64,000 bases of DNA from Tubulanus polymorphus (Eukaryota; Animalia; Nemertea), in assembly GCF_964204645.1 (NCBI RefSeq), contig NC_134031.1, positions 10,852,088 to 10,916,087 of the forward strand, in the 5' to 3' direction. Under the pieces are notes generated by a model. It searched no databases. It saw only the letters and a list, made by a program, of their open reading frames with translations, and was not told the DNA's origin. This document shows, piece after piece, positions 46,805-60,724 of the stretch; the first letter of the stretch is position 1, and the number at the start of each line of letters is the position of its first letter. The position numbers and the translations under genes were made by a program.

Positions 46805-47836
46805 TTAATTTTCATTTTCATATTTTTCTTTAAGCTTATTGTATTCTAAATATATATCCCTTTGCATTTTCTTTGGTATAATTCCTAAATAATTCTCGAG
46901 TTTATATTTCCTGAATGTTTCTCTTGAAAATATTTTTGGAATATAATTTTCGATTTCAGTTTTAGATGGATGTTTATTTAAAAATTCTCTAAAATCATCA
47001 TATTTAAGTTCAAATAAGTTCATTGCATAAGTAACATTTGGTTTAAAGTTATCTAACTTTTTCAATATGGTAACTATATCATTACTCAATAAATAATCTA
47101 TAAATGTTTTTCTATACCACCGATAATCTAATATATTCTTATTATTAAATTTTGGATTTATAACTGTTGGATTTTCTATTACATTATCTGTACCAATATG
47201 TTTAATTGAGTATTTATGATTCAATTGTTTATCATATATTACATATTCTTTACATTTTTCACACCAAGATTTAAATACTTGTATTGCATGGGCTGAATCA
47301 TTTCCACCTTTTGTTTTTAATTTATAATGTTTTGCCCAATTAGCCTTTGTTATACATTCATTACAGAAGGCACAATAATTCTGATCCTCTTTGCATTTAT
47401 CTTTATATATATTGGCATATGTTTTTACTAATTGTAAAATATGTTCATCTTTTTTGATGTGTAATAAATAATCATTATAATTATCAAAATCTTCTTCACA
47501 ATACATACATCTAATGTTATCTTTTGGTTGAACATTTGATTTTTCTATTTTAGGTTCAATATTATATTCTATTTTTGTTTCAATCTTATCATCATTCGAT
47601 GTAGAAGGTATAACATTATCTTCTATTTTATATTCAATATCATTCTTATCTTCTATTTTAGGTTCAATATTATCTTCTATTTTTGTTTCAATATTCTTAT
47701 CTATTTTACTTATTCTATATTTGAATTGATTAAAGTAATCTCCAAAATACTTACTGTATTCATCATAAGGTAATATATAATATATATCTGATATCATTTC
47801 ACTTGGAGATTGTATTTCATATATTCCACCTTCCAT
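46805..47836 (-). CDS. multi-zinc-finger protein, intact 343 aa, alternative finger/C-terminal module
   Basis: N-terminus as in A; CMYC..H..H, CAFC..H, CEKC..H..H; C-terminus unrelated to A/B. Confidence 0.8.
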   Translation of the reverse strand: MEGGIYEIQSPSEMISDIYYILPYDEYSKYFGDYFNQFKYRISKIDKNIETKIEDNIEPKIEDKNDIEYKIEDNVIPSTSNDDKIETKIEYNIEPKIEKSNVQPKDNIRCMYCEEDFDNYNDYLLHIKKDEHILQLVKTYANIYKDKCKEDQNYCAFCNECITKANWAKHYKLKTKGGNDSAHAIQVFKSWCEKCKEYVIYDKQLNHKYSIKHIGTDNVIENPTVINPKFNNKNILDYRWYRKTFIDYLLSNDIVTILKKLDNFKPNVTYAMNLFELKYDDFREFLNKHPSKTEIENYIPKIFSRETFRKYKLENYLGIIPKKMQRDIYLEYNKLKEKYENEN

Positions 47837-47868
47837 TTAATATAAGATTTTTTATTAAAGTTAAAATT

Positions 47869-49116
47869 TTAATACATAACACTATCTAATTGTGAATTTA
47901 CAATATTTAATTGCGCGTCAGATATAATATAAATGTGCATTTTAAAATTTTTGATTCCTTTTTTCTTTGTTATGAATAATTGTATTCCATCTTTTGTATT
48001 TTGTAGTTTTTTCCCAGAACCATGTAATGAATTATCTTCAGTTGTTCTAAAATCTAACCATAATGCATATTTATTACCGGTATAATAATCAATTTGATTA
48101 ATGTTACAATTTTCAAATGATTTCACTTTTTCATTCATAAAATGTTTTTTAATTTCTACCCATTGATCAATCATTCTCATTCCTTGACAGAATATTTTAT
48201 TCGCTATTCCTTCGATAGTTATTTCTACTTTTGTTATTTCGGGATTATAATAATTATCAACATTTATTGCACCATTAGTATACGTTCCAATGGTAAAAAA
48301 TATTAATATACCTTTAATAGATCTTCTAGGAAAGTTAATATTCTCATTAATTATTTCATCATTTGCATTAATAGTTACAGTTTTAAATTTATCAATATAA
48401 TCATATAATAATGAAAACCCTTGATTATATTTAGTTTGAATTATACTTGAAATATTTTCATCAGTTACTGTATCATATTCTAAACATATATTCGATAATT
48501 TATAACTCATATCTTTAACAACACTAGATAATACAATTTCATTTACAGGAGCAAGTGTTATCTCAAATATAATATCTTCTTGAATTGCGTATTTATATAA
48601 AGGTGCATTATTATTTATCAATTCAAAGTCTAATGGAATTTTATATTTGCTTCCATATATACTTTTTATCAATTTATCTACATCATTTGTTAATATTGCG
48701 CTATTAGCTTCTGATCTTAATTTATTTTGGTTTTCTGATTGAATTCCTTGAAATATCATATTATTTCTATTTTCTTTAGTTAACCATAAATCTTTATAAT
48801 GCATAAATAAATTATAATCATCTAATGAGAAAACTGTTTCTGGACCAATCTTTATTGTTAACTTTTTAATCAAATATCTTCCAACATTATCAACAACATA
48901 ATTATTATTATTACCGATTACTTTTATATCAGCTGATAAATAAATACTATTTGGAACATAAAAAGTATTTTGTGTTAATCTAGGAATTCTAACATATAAA
49001 GTTTCATCGGGATTAATATTTGAAGGGTTATGAGTAATTATATGATGTGATCTTTCTGCTTTAATAGCATTAGATATTCTATGATTCTTCGAAGGACTTA
49101 TATAACTCCCACTCAT
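47869..49116 (-). CDS. major capsid protein, intact 415 aa
   Basis: Close homolog of 7886-9133. Confidence 0.75.
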   Translation of the reverse strand: MSGSYISPSKNHRISNAIKAERSHHIITHNPSNINPDETLYVRIPRLTQNTFYVPNSIYLSADIKVIGNNNNYVVDNVGRYLIKKLTIKIGPETVFSLDDYNLFMHYKDLWLTKENRNNMIFQGIQSENQNKLRSEANSAILTNDVDKLIKSIYGSKYKIPLDFELINNNAPLYKYAIQEDIIFEITLAPVNEIVLSSVVKDMSYKLSNICLEYDTVTDENISSIIQTKYNQGFSLLYDYIDKFKTVTINANDEIINENINFPRRSIKGILIFFTIGTYTNGAINVDNYYNPEITKVEITIEGIANKIFCQGMRMIDQWVEIKKHFMNEKVKSFENCNINQIDYYTGNKYALWLDFRTTEDNSLHGSGKKLQNTKDGIQLFITKKKGIKNFKMHIYIISDAQLNIVNSQLDSVMY

Positions 49117-49160
49117 TTATTTAACAAAAAAATTAATTATTTATTTTTTGATATCATGGT

Positions 49161-50636
49161 TTACTTGATATTTTTTGATATCATATTCACTAACCCAAAA
49201 ATAATTGCACTTACAACTGTAATTAAAAATAAAATAATATGTTCAGCAGCAAAGTTAAGAATATTACCTGCAGATTTCAATATAAAACCAACAATTGAAG
49301 CAATAACTCCTGGTAAAGCTGCAGCAGATTTTTTAGATAGTTCCCATAAATATTTTGCTAATTTCTTTAAACCATCTTTAACTTTATCTTGTATAGAATT
49401 ATTACCTGGAGGTTTATCTGGTTTATTGGGAGTAGGTGTAGATTTCAAAGCATTTGATATTGCTAAACCAATTGTTGTAAATAACATAGTTACAGCTGTT
49501 AGAATTGAAAGAATTGTTATTCCTTCTAATTTAAATAATAACTTTATTCTGTCTTTTAATGATATTTCAGAATTTGGTTTAATCAACAAATCTTTAAAAA
49601 TAACTTTTAATCTATTTATATTATAATCATATGATTTTAATAATAATTTGATTTCTTCTTTTTGTAATTCTATGTTATATTCTAAATCATCAATTTCTTT
49701 TTCTAAATATGCATTTCTTTTTTTAAATTCAATTTCTTCAATAACTTTATTATCTCTATCTAATTTTAATTGTTCTATTTCTTTATTTTTATCAGTTCTT
49801 TCTTTTTCTAAAGTTCTAATTTTAAAATCTCTTATACTTTTATCATGCGCAATTTTATCAGATGCAAGTCTTATACTAATAATTTCTCTAATTGCTTTAT
49901 CAGAAAATATATCTAAATCTTCTAATTCTTGATCTGTTGCATCAAGTAACCCATTCGGTAAAAGTTTTTCAATTGGAACTTTATTTGATTTAAGTTTACT
50001 AGTTTTGGAAGTTATATTCTGTTCAGAAGTTGTTTCTGTTTCTAAATTATTATCGATTGTTTCAAATAATTCATTAATTCTTTGTTTAAATACTCTTTCA
50101 TTTTTAATAATTTCTTCTTGTGTTACATCTTCTGGTTCATTACTATTTCTTATTCTTTTAATTCTAGATAGGTCTAACTTAAGCAAAGTTGATTCTGCTA
50201 ATATTTTTTCTTGTTTTTTATAAGAGATATCAATATAATAATCATCTTTCAAACGATAATAATATTCACCATCTAAAAACTTTAATTCTTGTACTAAAAG
50301 TCTAGCGCCTCTGGTATTGATATTATATCCAGATTTTTCAAATATAGGTTTGAAATTATAAATATATTCATTATATTTTTAATTTTGTTTTACTAAATCT
50401 GGATTTTCATTTTCAGGATTTATTCTCGATCTAGTTCTTCTATCAAATTCATCTGTTGATTGACCTTTAGAACCACTATCTGCTAAATTAGAATTATATG
50501 CTGATTCATCATCATTATCAATATTAGTTTCATTAAATTAGTTTCATTTATTAGGTTGTGGTTCATCATCAATATATCCTTCATCATTATTTCCCATTTC
50601 TCCCATTTCATAATCTTCTCCACCTTCTACATCCAT
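49161..50636 (-). pseudogene. acidic/coiled-coil protein with C-terminal hydrophobic helices; lesion near 50540
   Basis: TAAATG start at 50636 (MDVEGGED..); ORF 49161-50252 shares C-terminus with 6639-7844. Confidence 0.65.
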
Positions 50637-50652
50637 TTACATAATAAAAAAA

Positions 50653-51685
50653 TTAAAATTTAAAATATAATATTCCTCCGATTACAATTCCTATACAAGT
50701 TATAGCTAATTTAGTATTTTCATGGGATTTATTATCATCATTTAGTTTAATTATATCATGTTGAATTTTATCAGTTTTTATATCTTCTGATGTATTGTAA
50801 TCTTTTATTTTAGAATCATTAACCAATTTAATATTCTCAGTTTTAGTTTCAGTTGATTGAATGTGTTTTTTATTTTTTTCACCTTCCATTAATTTTGGAG
50901 CAGTAATAATCTTTTTATTTATATCATTCAATCCAAATGAATTATTTATTGTTGCAGTTTTAATTAGATTATTATAACCAATTATGTTTCCCATCTTTAG
51001 TACTAAATCATTAGAAATAATTAATAGATTAGGGCCTATACAATAATTAAGTCTTACATGAGATTTATCTAAATAATTTTGATATCTTATAATGTTTTCT
51101 GGAATCGATCTATTTTTATCATTATGTATGGAATCTTCAAATAAAACTTTAAATTGTTTTTGTGTATCGAATGATGTATTCAAATTTCCAATTATTGGTG
51201 ATCTTGTTTCAACTTGTGATCCTAGAATACAAATCAAATAAGTTCTAATAGATTGATTTATTCTTTCTATACCTGATTTAGTAAAACCTTCACTATTTTC
51301 TAAAATAAAATATACCCAACCATTATTGTTTTCTTGTTTTAAATTATCATAAAATTTTGGTAATTTATTGAAATTTAATGTTTCTAAATCCTTTGTTTCT
51401 ATTTTACCATAACCTAATTTTTTATTATAGATATTATAAAAACTATTAGATGGTATAGGAAGTGCACAATATTCTGCAATCTTTCTAGGGCAAGGAAGTG
51501 ATCTTATTGTTCCAGTTTTTGTTCTAAAATCAGAATTATTTATATCTATATTAAATTCATTACAAATTTTATAAAACTTTGATAAATTAATATTATTATC
51601 TAATTCTTTAAAATATCTAGATCCTGGTAAAGCGCACTCTAATTCATTTAATATTATTCTGATTTGAAAGTATGTATGAAATATA
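50653..51685 (-). pseudogene. 5'-truncated homolog of 4754 gene with intact C-terminal TM
   Basis: FHTYFQI..., ends LAITCIGIVIGGILYFKF; cut at the duplication junction. Confidence 0.8.
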
Positions 51686-52322
51686 TAACATAGGAAAAAC
51701 CAGCTGCATCGACTTTGAAAAGCCTCAACTTTCCCAAGAGCGTCTCTACCCCATACTCCATCTATCTGATAACCCACGCAATTTACTGTTCAGGATACAA
51801 TTTTCAGTTTTTTATTTTCTTCTGCAGCCCATCGAGGTTATCATCAAAGTTGAAAATAATCAAATAAAAAACGAATTTCAAATCATTTTGTTCCAGTCCA
51901 TCTTAAAATGCAAACAAAAAATATTTCAACCCACGAAAAGGAACTACGTACGTGGTAGATGCGATCAACCAAAAGCCCATTCAAGAATATTCAATATATT
52001 CTAGTTTTAAAATTGTATATAGTTTCAGTTGCAATGTCAAAGGTGATCTGCTTTTGTGCAAAATGTCATGGCAATATGGTGTGCCGCAGAACCCGGAAAA
52101 AGCACAGGAGAAAATTTGAAGATGTTCCAATTAACGACAGCACAAAAGAATTAAAGGCAAGTCCTAATGGCTGGGAGTAATAGGGGTTTAGTTGTTTCAT
52201 ACCAAAGGTCGAAGGGTCGAGTGAGTAAAAAATAAAAATTACTCTTAAAATATTCATATATATGAATAAAATATAAATGAATAACTTCTAAAATCAATTT
52301 TAATAAAAAATTTGATATTAAA

Positions 52323-55174
52323 ATGGAAGCAAATAAGTACTACTGCCCAACATGTAATATCAATATAGATAAATCCCAAAAATCAAGACACAATAAAACT
52401 AAAACACATTTAGAGAATAAATTGAAACTAGAGTATGAAGATGATATATTAGAAACTAAATTAGAAGAATTAAAGAATGAAAAAGAAACATATAAATGTG
52501 ATACATGTAATCAATCATTCAGTGATAAAAGATATTATAATGAACATTTAAAATCTTAAAGCCATATTAGAAATATGAATAATGATATTTTAGGTGAAAA
52601 TTATTTTGATGAAGATAACGATAAGAAACATAAGACAATTAAAAGAATAAGAAATAAATTAAACAATAAAAGACCATACATGGAAGATGTAAGAAATTAT
52701 ATAAATTCATTAGATAATAAAAAAGATATAGAGATAACCGTAGCATTTAGAAGTGATATTGGCCCAGCAGCTATTGAGTTTAAATTTCATAAAGGAAAAA
52801 CATTAGAAGAAAATAAAAAACATTTAGAAAATATGAAAAATATTATAAAAATAATTACTGATGTTGAATATCCTAAAATAAGTATATCTTCTAAAGTTAA
52901 ATTCATAAAATCTGAAGATAAACCAATATATAATATAAATTCTCATTCACAACATATTATTTCAAAACAACATATAGATGATAAATTAGATAAATGTTAT
53001 AATGAAGTAAAAGCTGCGCATGAGAATTGTAACTTACAAGCTAAGAAAATTAACTTTGTACCAGTTATATTTCATAATCTATCAGGATATGATGCGCATT
53101 TATTCATCAAACAGTTATGCCATAAAATAGAAGAAATCAATAATGAAATAGAAAGATTAAATTCAAATAGATCAAAAGATAAAATACCAACTTATAAATT
53201 TAAAATGTTAGCTAGAACATCTGAGAATTATATATCATTCCAATTTGGTTGCCTAAGATTTATAGATTCATATAGATTTTTAAATAGTTCATTAGATAAC
53301 TTATCAAAATCACTAGTTGATGATGAATTAAAAATATTAAAGCAACACTATCCAAATAATGATGATTTCCAATTAATGAGATATAAAGGCGCAATTCCAT
53401 ATTCTTTCTATAAAAATCATGATGATTTTAACATAACTGAATTATTGAAAGAACAATTCTATGATGAATTAAAAAATGAATATGTTAAAGATGAAGTCTA
53501 TAATAGAACATTGATTATTTGGAATCATTTCAAAATAGAAAATCATGGGCAATTAGTAGATTCATATCTCAAATCAGATGAATTATTATTAATTGATATA
53601 TTTGAAAGGTTTAGAGATGTAAACCTAAAATATTTTAATATTGATCCTTGTCATTGTTATTCAAGTCCAGGATTAACATGGGATTGTGGATTAAAATTTA
53701 CAGATATAAAAATGGATTTGTTAACAAATATAGATCAATTATTATTATTTGAAAAATCTATAAGAGGAGGAGTTTCAGGTGTATTAGGGGATAGATATTT
53801 CAATGTAAATGATAACCCTGGATATAAGTTATTATATATACATGCAAATAATTTGTATGGTTGGGCAATGATGGAACCACAACCTTATGGAGTATTTGAA
53901 ATAAGTGAAGTTTCACAACATGAAAATAATGATAAATTTGATTGGAAGAAAAGAATCCTAGATATTGCAGATGATTCAGATACTGGTTACTTCTTTGTTG
54001 TAGATTTAGAATATCCTGAACATATTAAATTTAAATCTAGAAATCTAGCATACTGTCCAGAACATAAAACTGTAACTCATGAAGAATTATCAAATTACCA
54101 AAAATGAATTAAACCTGAAAATCATATTCATACAGAAAAGGTAATGGTAACTCAAGAAGATAAATATAATTATGTAGTACATTTTAGAATGTTAAAATTT
54201 TATCTAAAACAAGGAATGATCCTAAAAAAGTACATAGTTATATTTCATTTAGTCAATCTAAGTGGTTAGAAAAATATATAGATTTTAACACCAAACAGAG
54301 AACTGAAGCTAAAACTGATTTCGAAAAAGATTTCTTCAAACTAATGAATAATGCATTCTATGGTAAGACTTGTGAAAATATTAGAAATAGAAATGATATT
54401 GAGTTAGTTAGTAATGGTAAAAGGATAAGGCATTTACAATCATATCCTAAGTTTTTAGGTAACAGAATATTTGATGAAAATTTAGCTGCAGTTAAAATGA
54501 GAAGAACATCAATTAAATTTAATAAACCAATCTATGTTGGTGCTTCAGTTTTAGAATTATCAAAGTTATTAATGTATGAATTCTATTATAATGTATTACA
54601 ACCACTTTTTGGAGAAAAACATATAGAAATCTTATATTTTGATACTGACAGTTAAATATTAAAGATAAAAACTAATAACATAACTGATGATTTAAAAACA
54701 TTAAAACATCATTTTGATTTCAGCAATTATCCTAAAAATCATGAATTGTTTAGCAATGATAATAAAAAAGTTCTCGGTAAATTCAAAGATGAATTAGGTG
54801 GTGAAGAAATGATTGAATTCATCGGTATTAGATCTAAAATGTATTCATATAAAACTTAAGAACATGAAGCTAAAAAGTTAAAAGGAATAACCAAAAGTGT
54901 AGTAGAAAAGAATATTCATTTCAAAGATTACATCAATTGTATATTCAATGAAGAAGTTAGAAAACATAAGATGAGATGTTTAAGATCTGAAGATCATGAA
55001 ATGTTTATTGAAGAAATTGAAAAGATAAGTCTAAACCCATTTGATGATAAAAGATATATTTTAGATGATGGAATTCATACAGTTGCTTATGGTGGTAATT
55101 TAGATGAATACTTAAAATTTAAAAGAGAAGAAACAAAAGAGAACGAGATAATGAAAAGAATTCTAACGTGTTAA
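52323..55174 (+). pseudogene. pPolB, disrupted as in B; motif A D>H (YIHANN)
   Basis: ORFs 52323-52559, 52575-54107, 54344-54655, 54971-55174. Confidence 0.95.
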
Positions 55175-55203
55175 TCAAATTTTAATAAAAATATGTTATT
55201 AAA

Positions 55204-55525
55204 ATGGAGAGTAAACAAACACACAGTGAGAACAACAAATTATTTCTTGATAGAATAAAAGATACTTCAAATGTCAAATCAGTAGATAATAAATTTAAGA
55301 AGTTAAAAGAATTAATAATCCATAAGAAATATCTAATTACAAATATTGATACAGTTACTAACAAATATGGAGATAAATTAGTTATACACTTAGAATATGA
55401 AGGATTAAAAGGAAATACATATAAATTCAGAACATATTTACCAGATAGAATTATGTTCTGGTGATTTCTATTTCGTATACAAAGGTAAGAATGAAAAAGG
55501 GCACCATGAAATAGATTTCGAATAA
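55204..55525 (+). pseudogene. small conserved protein with 32-bp deletion
   Basis: CCAGATAG|AATTATG junction near 55448 versus 27656-28009. Confidence 0.75.
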
Positions 55526-55542
55526 GAAAATATGTAAAATAA

Positions 55543-56299
55543 ATGGCGGAATTAAAAGAATACAGAATATTTGTTGGTTCAAGAAACTTACAAATTATAA
55601 ATCACATAATTTACTAGTTCAATTAGATAGAGAATTTAAGAATTGTGTAGATTTAAAATTAGTAAATATAAGTTTATGTAATTCTTTTTATAATATATCG
55701 GATAAAACTATTGAAGATAATACTGTTTTAATTCATATTAGAAATGTAGATAAATGGTTTCATCTAATTTTAAAACCAGGATTATATAATTTAGAAACAT
55801 TAACTCAAGAAATTAATCGAAGAGCACGGTTGAAAATTAGAAGAGATGATAAATTTTTAATTAGATTTATAAAAAGTGATAGCACAAATAAAATTAAATA
55901 AAGGTATATGATGAAAGTCAACATGCATTTATGGTAAAAAAACCTATAGCTAAACTGTTAGGAATTGTACCAGATACTGTTACAGGAAACGTAGATGGTA
56001 AATCAAATATAATACCTTTTACACACTTTTATATTTATTGCAATTTAATTGATCCTACAAAAACATTTGAAGCAACTAAAGATACAATTTGTAGTTCTAG
56101 TATACTAAATATTTTACCGCTAAAAAATGTTAAACAATTTGGAACTCAAATAAATTATAATTTAGCTGAATGTGATTTTAAACCTTGTATTCCTCAATTT
56201 AATAATTTTAAATTAGAAATAAGAAATCACAATGGATACTTAATTGATTTGAATAACTCTCCTGTAATTTATGAATTAGTTATAAGATGTAGAGAGTAA
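55543..56299 (+). pseudogene. minor capsid protein, disrupted
   Basis: Duplicate of 28027-28783. Confidence 0.75.
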
Positions 56300-56315
56300 T
56301 TTTTTCACTATATAA

Positions 56316-59300
56316 ATGAATATAACTGTTGGGCCGAGCATATGTTTTTGATTTGATTTTAAACGTGAGAAAGAAATGAAATTTAACATTAATGATGTAA
56401 TTACACATATTGAAAATATTGCATTTTCTAATGAAACAACATTTGAGTATGAAACAACAATAGATAAAGAAACTTTAAATGTAGAAAAGATTACTAATTT
56501 AATTAGAGAATCTTTGAGATTTTATGAATTAGATGAAGATTTTATCATCGATGATATTAAAAAAATAATAATTGAAATATATACAAATGAAACTAGTAAT
56601 AAAATAAATGTTGATTTAATCATAAATAAGTTAACTAAATATTTTGATGAAAGTAATTTTTTTGATAAATAAATGAGAGATAATAAGTGGATAATAACTG
56701 GATTATATAATGGAGCATTACTATCGGTTGGAACTGTTAGTTATTCAATGGTATTGAAAAAAGTATTTAAAATGGGAAGTATTAATGCTGATAGATTTGA
56801 TATAAATGATATCTTAAAATTAACATTAGCAGTTACTTTATCTAATTTAACTATTGATTATTTGGAAAAACAAAAATATATTCCTCCCATATAAATGCGT
56901 AATTATTTTACTAAATAAATGGCTTCTGCAGTTATAACTATTATAGGATCAACAATTGTTAACGCTTTAGCATTTACTGGTGGTGGTTATTTATTTAAGC
57001 ATATTGATAAAAATGGTTCATTAACAGAACAAAAAAGACATAACTTAGCATTAGAAAAATACAATAAAGCAGCAGAAGAATATAGAGAAAAGAGGCAAAT
57101 ACTATATGGATTATATTAACAAAGAATTATATGATCAGAAGATTTCACATAGAGATTTTCAATCAGTTGATGATGCAATGAGTTTATATAACGCAGTAAG
57201 CAAGAAAGAAAAATTACATCTACACAAACCTAAATGATCAGATTATTATACCCCAAGTAATGAACAGAAGAAATATGAAATAATATGGATTTTAGGTGGA
57301 ACTGTTATTGTTATATTTGTAGCGTATAAATTTACTAATTAGTATTTTTTTTGCTAAATAAATGGATGATAATATTGATATTATTCCTCATGATATAAAT
57401 AAAACTAAATTAAAAACATATTTAGAAAAACAAATATGAGAATTTGAAAGTGACTTAAAGTTAAAAAAGAAAAAATATTTAAAAAGTAAAATTATATATT
57501 ATTTGATTATCAGTGGTTCGGTTACAATTAGTTTTGTAATAACATTTCTAGCAATATTCAGCCCATTAACACCTTTAGCTATATCAATTGGCGTATTAGG
57601 ATTAAGTTCAAGTGTTTTAACTGGTATAAGTTCAAAATTAAATATAAAAAGTAATAAAGAAAAAATTAAAACTAATATAAAAGAAATTAATAAATTAAAG
57701 AATACACTAGATTATATTATAAGTTTAAATGGCCATATAACAGTTGAAGAACAAGATAAATTACTAAAAGAATTAATAAATTATTAATTTTTTAATTATA
57801 TAAATGGCAGATAGTTTTCCAAAAGCTTTCCAATATAATAAATCAATTAAATATAATATTCCAGCAATAGATTTCAATAAAGATATTTCATATAGAAATG
57901 AAGTTTTAAATTCATTAATTGATTTATATATTTATGTTACTGAAAGTAATAATTTTCATGTAAAGATGGAAAATATATTTCAAGTGTATACAATTAATTT
58001 TAAAAATTTAAATGAGGCAAAACAATGGTTATTAAAATCTAATATGAAGTATCGGCAGAACCAATTAAATTTTGCTGTTGATTGCGCAACAACAGGCTGT
58101 GGAATAAGTTGGAATGATCATTTAAACAAACCAAGTTTACCATTGATGTTATCACTTTTTAGATTTCATACTTATTTTCAAATAAAATTAATATTAGATG
58201 AATTAGAATGTCCTTTACCAGGTTCAAAATATTTTAAAGAATTGAATAATGATATTAATTTTTCTAAGTTTTATAAAATATATAATGAATTTAATATTAA
58301 TTCAAATAAAGATTTTAGAGCAAAAATTGGAAAAATGGGTGGATTAGGAATATTATATACTAAAGAATTTGGAAAAATAATGACAAATTCAGATATAAGA
58401 ACACTAAATTGGAATGAATTACCAAAATATTATAATAATATACAACAACAAAATAATAATTGTTGGGTTTATTTCATTTTAGAAAATAGTGAAGGTTTTA
58501 CTAAAGCTGGTATACAAAGAATAAATCAATCTATTAGAACTTATTTGATATGTATTTTAGGTGCGCAAGTTGAAACAAGATCCCCAATAGTTGGAAATGT
58601 TAACACTTCATTCGATGCGCAGAAACAATTCAAAGTATTATTTGAAGATTCAATTCATAATGATAAAATAGATCGATTCCAGAAAACATTTCCTGAAAAA
58701 GCACGTAGAGAAATTAAGGGTATGCAAGAATCATCTGATGAGATTGCTAATATTAAGATGATATTTTCTAAAATAACCACGTTAGAAGAAAAATTAACTA
58801 ATGCAAATGAAGAATTAAAACAATTAGAATTAAATAAAAATCTTCAAGTAATTGAGGAAGCTGATTATGAAAGCAGAAAGTTAGCTTTAGAAAAAAAATT
58901 GATGATTTAAAATATAATATAGAATTACAGAAAGAAGAAAGAGATACATTATTAAAATCATATGATCTTAATCATATTAAAAAATTATTTTTAAAGATTT
59001 GTTGATAAATCCAGATTCTAAAATATCATTAAAAGATAGAATGAGATTATTATTTAAGTTAGAAGGTATAACAATTCTTTCAATTCTAACAACTGTAACT
59101 ATGTTATTTACAACAATTGGTTTAGCAATATCAAATTCTTTGAAATCTACTCCTACTCCAAATAAACCGGATAAACCCCCGAATGATAATAATTCTATAC
59201 AAGATAAAGTTAAGGATGGTTTAAAGAAATTAGCAAAATATTTATGGGAACTATCTAAAAAATCTGCTGCAGCATTGCCAGGAGTAATTGCATCAATTGT

Positions 59301-59424
59301 TGGTTTTATATTGAAATCTGCAGGAAACATTATTAACTGTGCTGCTGAACATATTATTTTATTTTTAATTAAAGTTGTAAGTGCAATTATTTTTGGGCTA
59401 GTAAACATGATAAAAAATAAATAA
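56316..59424 (+). other. block of small/membrane protein genes and deletion-fused gene, duplicate of 28800-31908
   Basis: ORFs 56376-56672, 56673-56894, 56919-57119, 57503-57787, 57804-58910, 58999-59424. Confidence 0.75.
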
Positions 59425-59444
59425 TTAATTTTTTTGTTAAATAA

Positions 59445-60692
59445 ATGAGTGGGAGTTATATCAATCCTTCTAATTATCATAGAATATCTAATGCTATTAA
59501 AGCAGAAAGATCTCATCATATAATTACTCATAATCCTTCAAATATTAATCCCGATGAAACTTTATATGTTAGAATTCCTCGATTAACACAAAATACTTTT
59601 TATGTTCCAAATAGTATTTATTTATCAGCCGATATAAAAGTAATCGGTAATAATAATAATTATGTTGTTGATAATGTTGGAAGATATTTGATTAAAAGAT
59701 TAACAATAAAGATCGGTCCAGAAACAGTTTTCTCATTAGATGATTATAATTTATTTATGCATTATAAAGATTTATGGTTAACTAAAGAAAATAGAAATAA
59801 TATGATATTTCAAGGAATCCAATCAGAAAACCAAAATAAATTAAGATCAGAAGCACATAATGCAATATTAACTAATGCTATAGATAAATTGATAAAAAGT
59901 ATATATGGAAGCAAATATAAAATTCCATTAGACTTTCAATTGATAAATAATAATGCACCTTTATATAAATACGCAATTCAAGAAGACGTTATATTCGAAA
60001 TAACATTTGCTCCTGTTAATGAAATTGTAATATCTAGCGTTGATAAAGATATGAGTTATAAATTATCGAATATATGTTTAGAATATGATACAGTAACTGA
60101 TGAAAATATTTCAAGTATAATTCAAACTAAATACAATCAAGGATTTTCATTATTATATGATTATATTGATAAATTTAAAACTGTAACTATTAATGCAAAT
60201 GATGAAATTATTAATGAGAATATCAAATTCCCAAGAAGATCTATTAAAGGTATATTAATATTTTTTACCATTGCAACATATACTAATAGCGCAATAAATG
60301 TTGATAATTATTATAATCCTGAAATAACAAAAGTAGAAATAACTATCGAAGGAATAGCAAATAAAATATTTTGTCAAGGAATGAGAATGATAGATCAATG
60401 GCCAGAAATTAGAAAACATTTTATGAATGAAAAAGTAAAATCATCTAAAAATTGTAATATTAATCAAATTTATTATTATACCGGTAATAAATATGCATTA
60501 TGGTTAGATTTTAGAACAACAGAGGATAATTCATTACATGGTTCTGGAAAAAAATTACAGAACACTAAAGATGGAATACAATTATTCATGACAAAGAATG
60601 AAGGAATCAAAAATTTTAAAATGCACATTTATATTATATCTGACGCGCAATTAAATATTGTAAATTCTCAATTGAATAGTGTTACGTATTAA
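59445..60692 (+). CDS. major capsid protein, intact 415 aa
   Basis: Differs from B at N>K (ENIKFP). Confidence 0.75.
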   Translation: MSGSYINPSNYHRISNAIKAERSHHIITHNPSNINPDETLYVRIPRLTQNTFYVPNSIYLSADIKVIGNNNNYVVDNVGRYLIKRLTIKIGPETVFSLDDYNLFMHYKDLWLTKENRNNMIFQGIQSENQNKLRSEAHNAILTNAIDKLIKSIYGSKYKIPLDFQLINNNAPLYKYAIQEDVIFEITFAPVNEIVISSVDKDMSYKLSNICLEYDTVTDENISSIIQTKYNQGFSLLYDYIDKFKTVTINANDEIINENIKFPRRSIKGILIFFTIATYTNSAINVDNYYNPEITKVEITIEGIANKIFCQGMRMIDQWPEIRKHFMNEKVKSSKNCNINQIYYYTGNKYALWLDFRTTEDNSLHGSGKKLQNTKDGIQLFMTKNEGIKNFKMHIYIISDAQLNIVNSQLNSVTY

Positions 60693-60724
60693 AATTTTAA
60701 CTTTAATAAAAATTTATATAATAA

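Larger units (their letters stand above)
41716..51685 (-). mobile_element. Polinton/Maverick-type endogenous virus, copy C (inverted; polB half lost at 51685)
   Basis: Terminal hairpin, HNH, integrase, ATPase, zinc-finger and capsid genes in mirror order to A/B. Confidence 0.95.

Noticed and set aside
50653-52004. ORFs 50653-51777, 51672-52004 and 24141-24494 as real genes
   Set aside because: The first two cross the duplication junction at 51685/51686 and are chance read-throughs; the last has no recognisable motif
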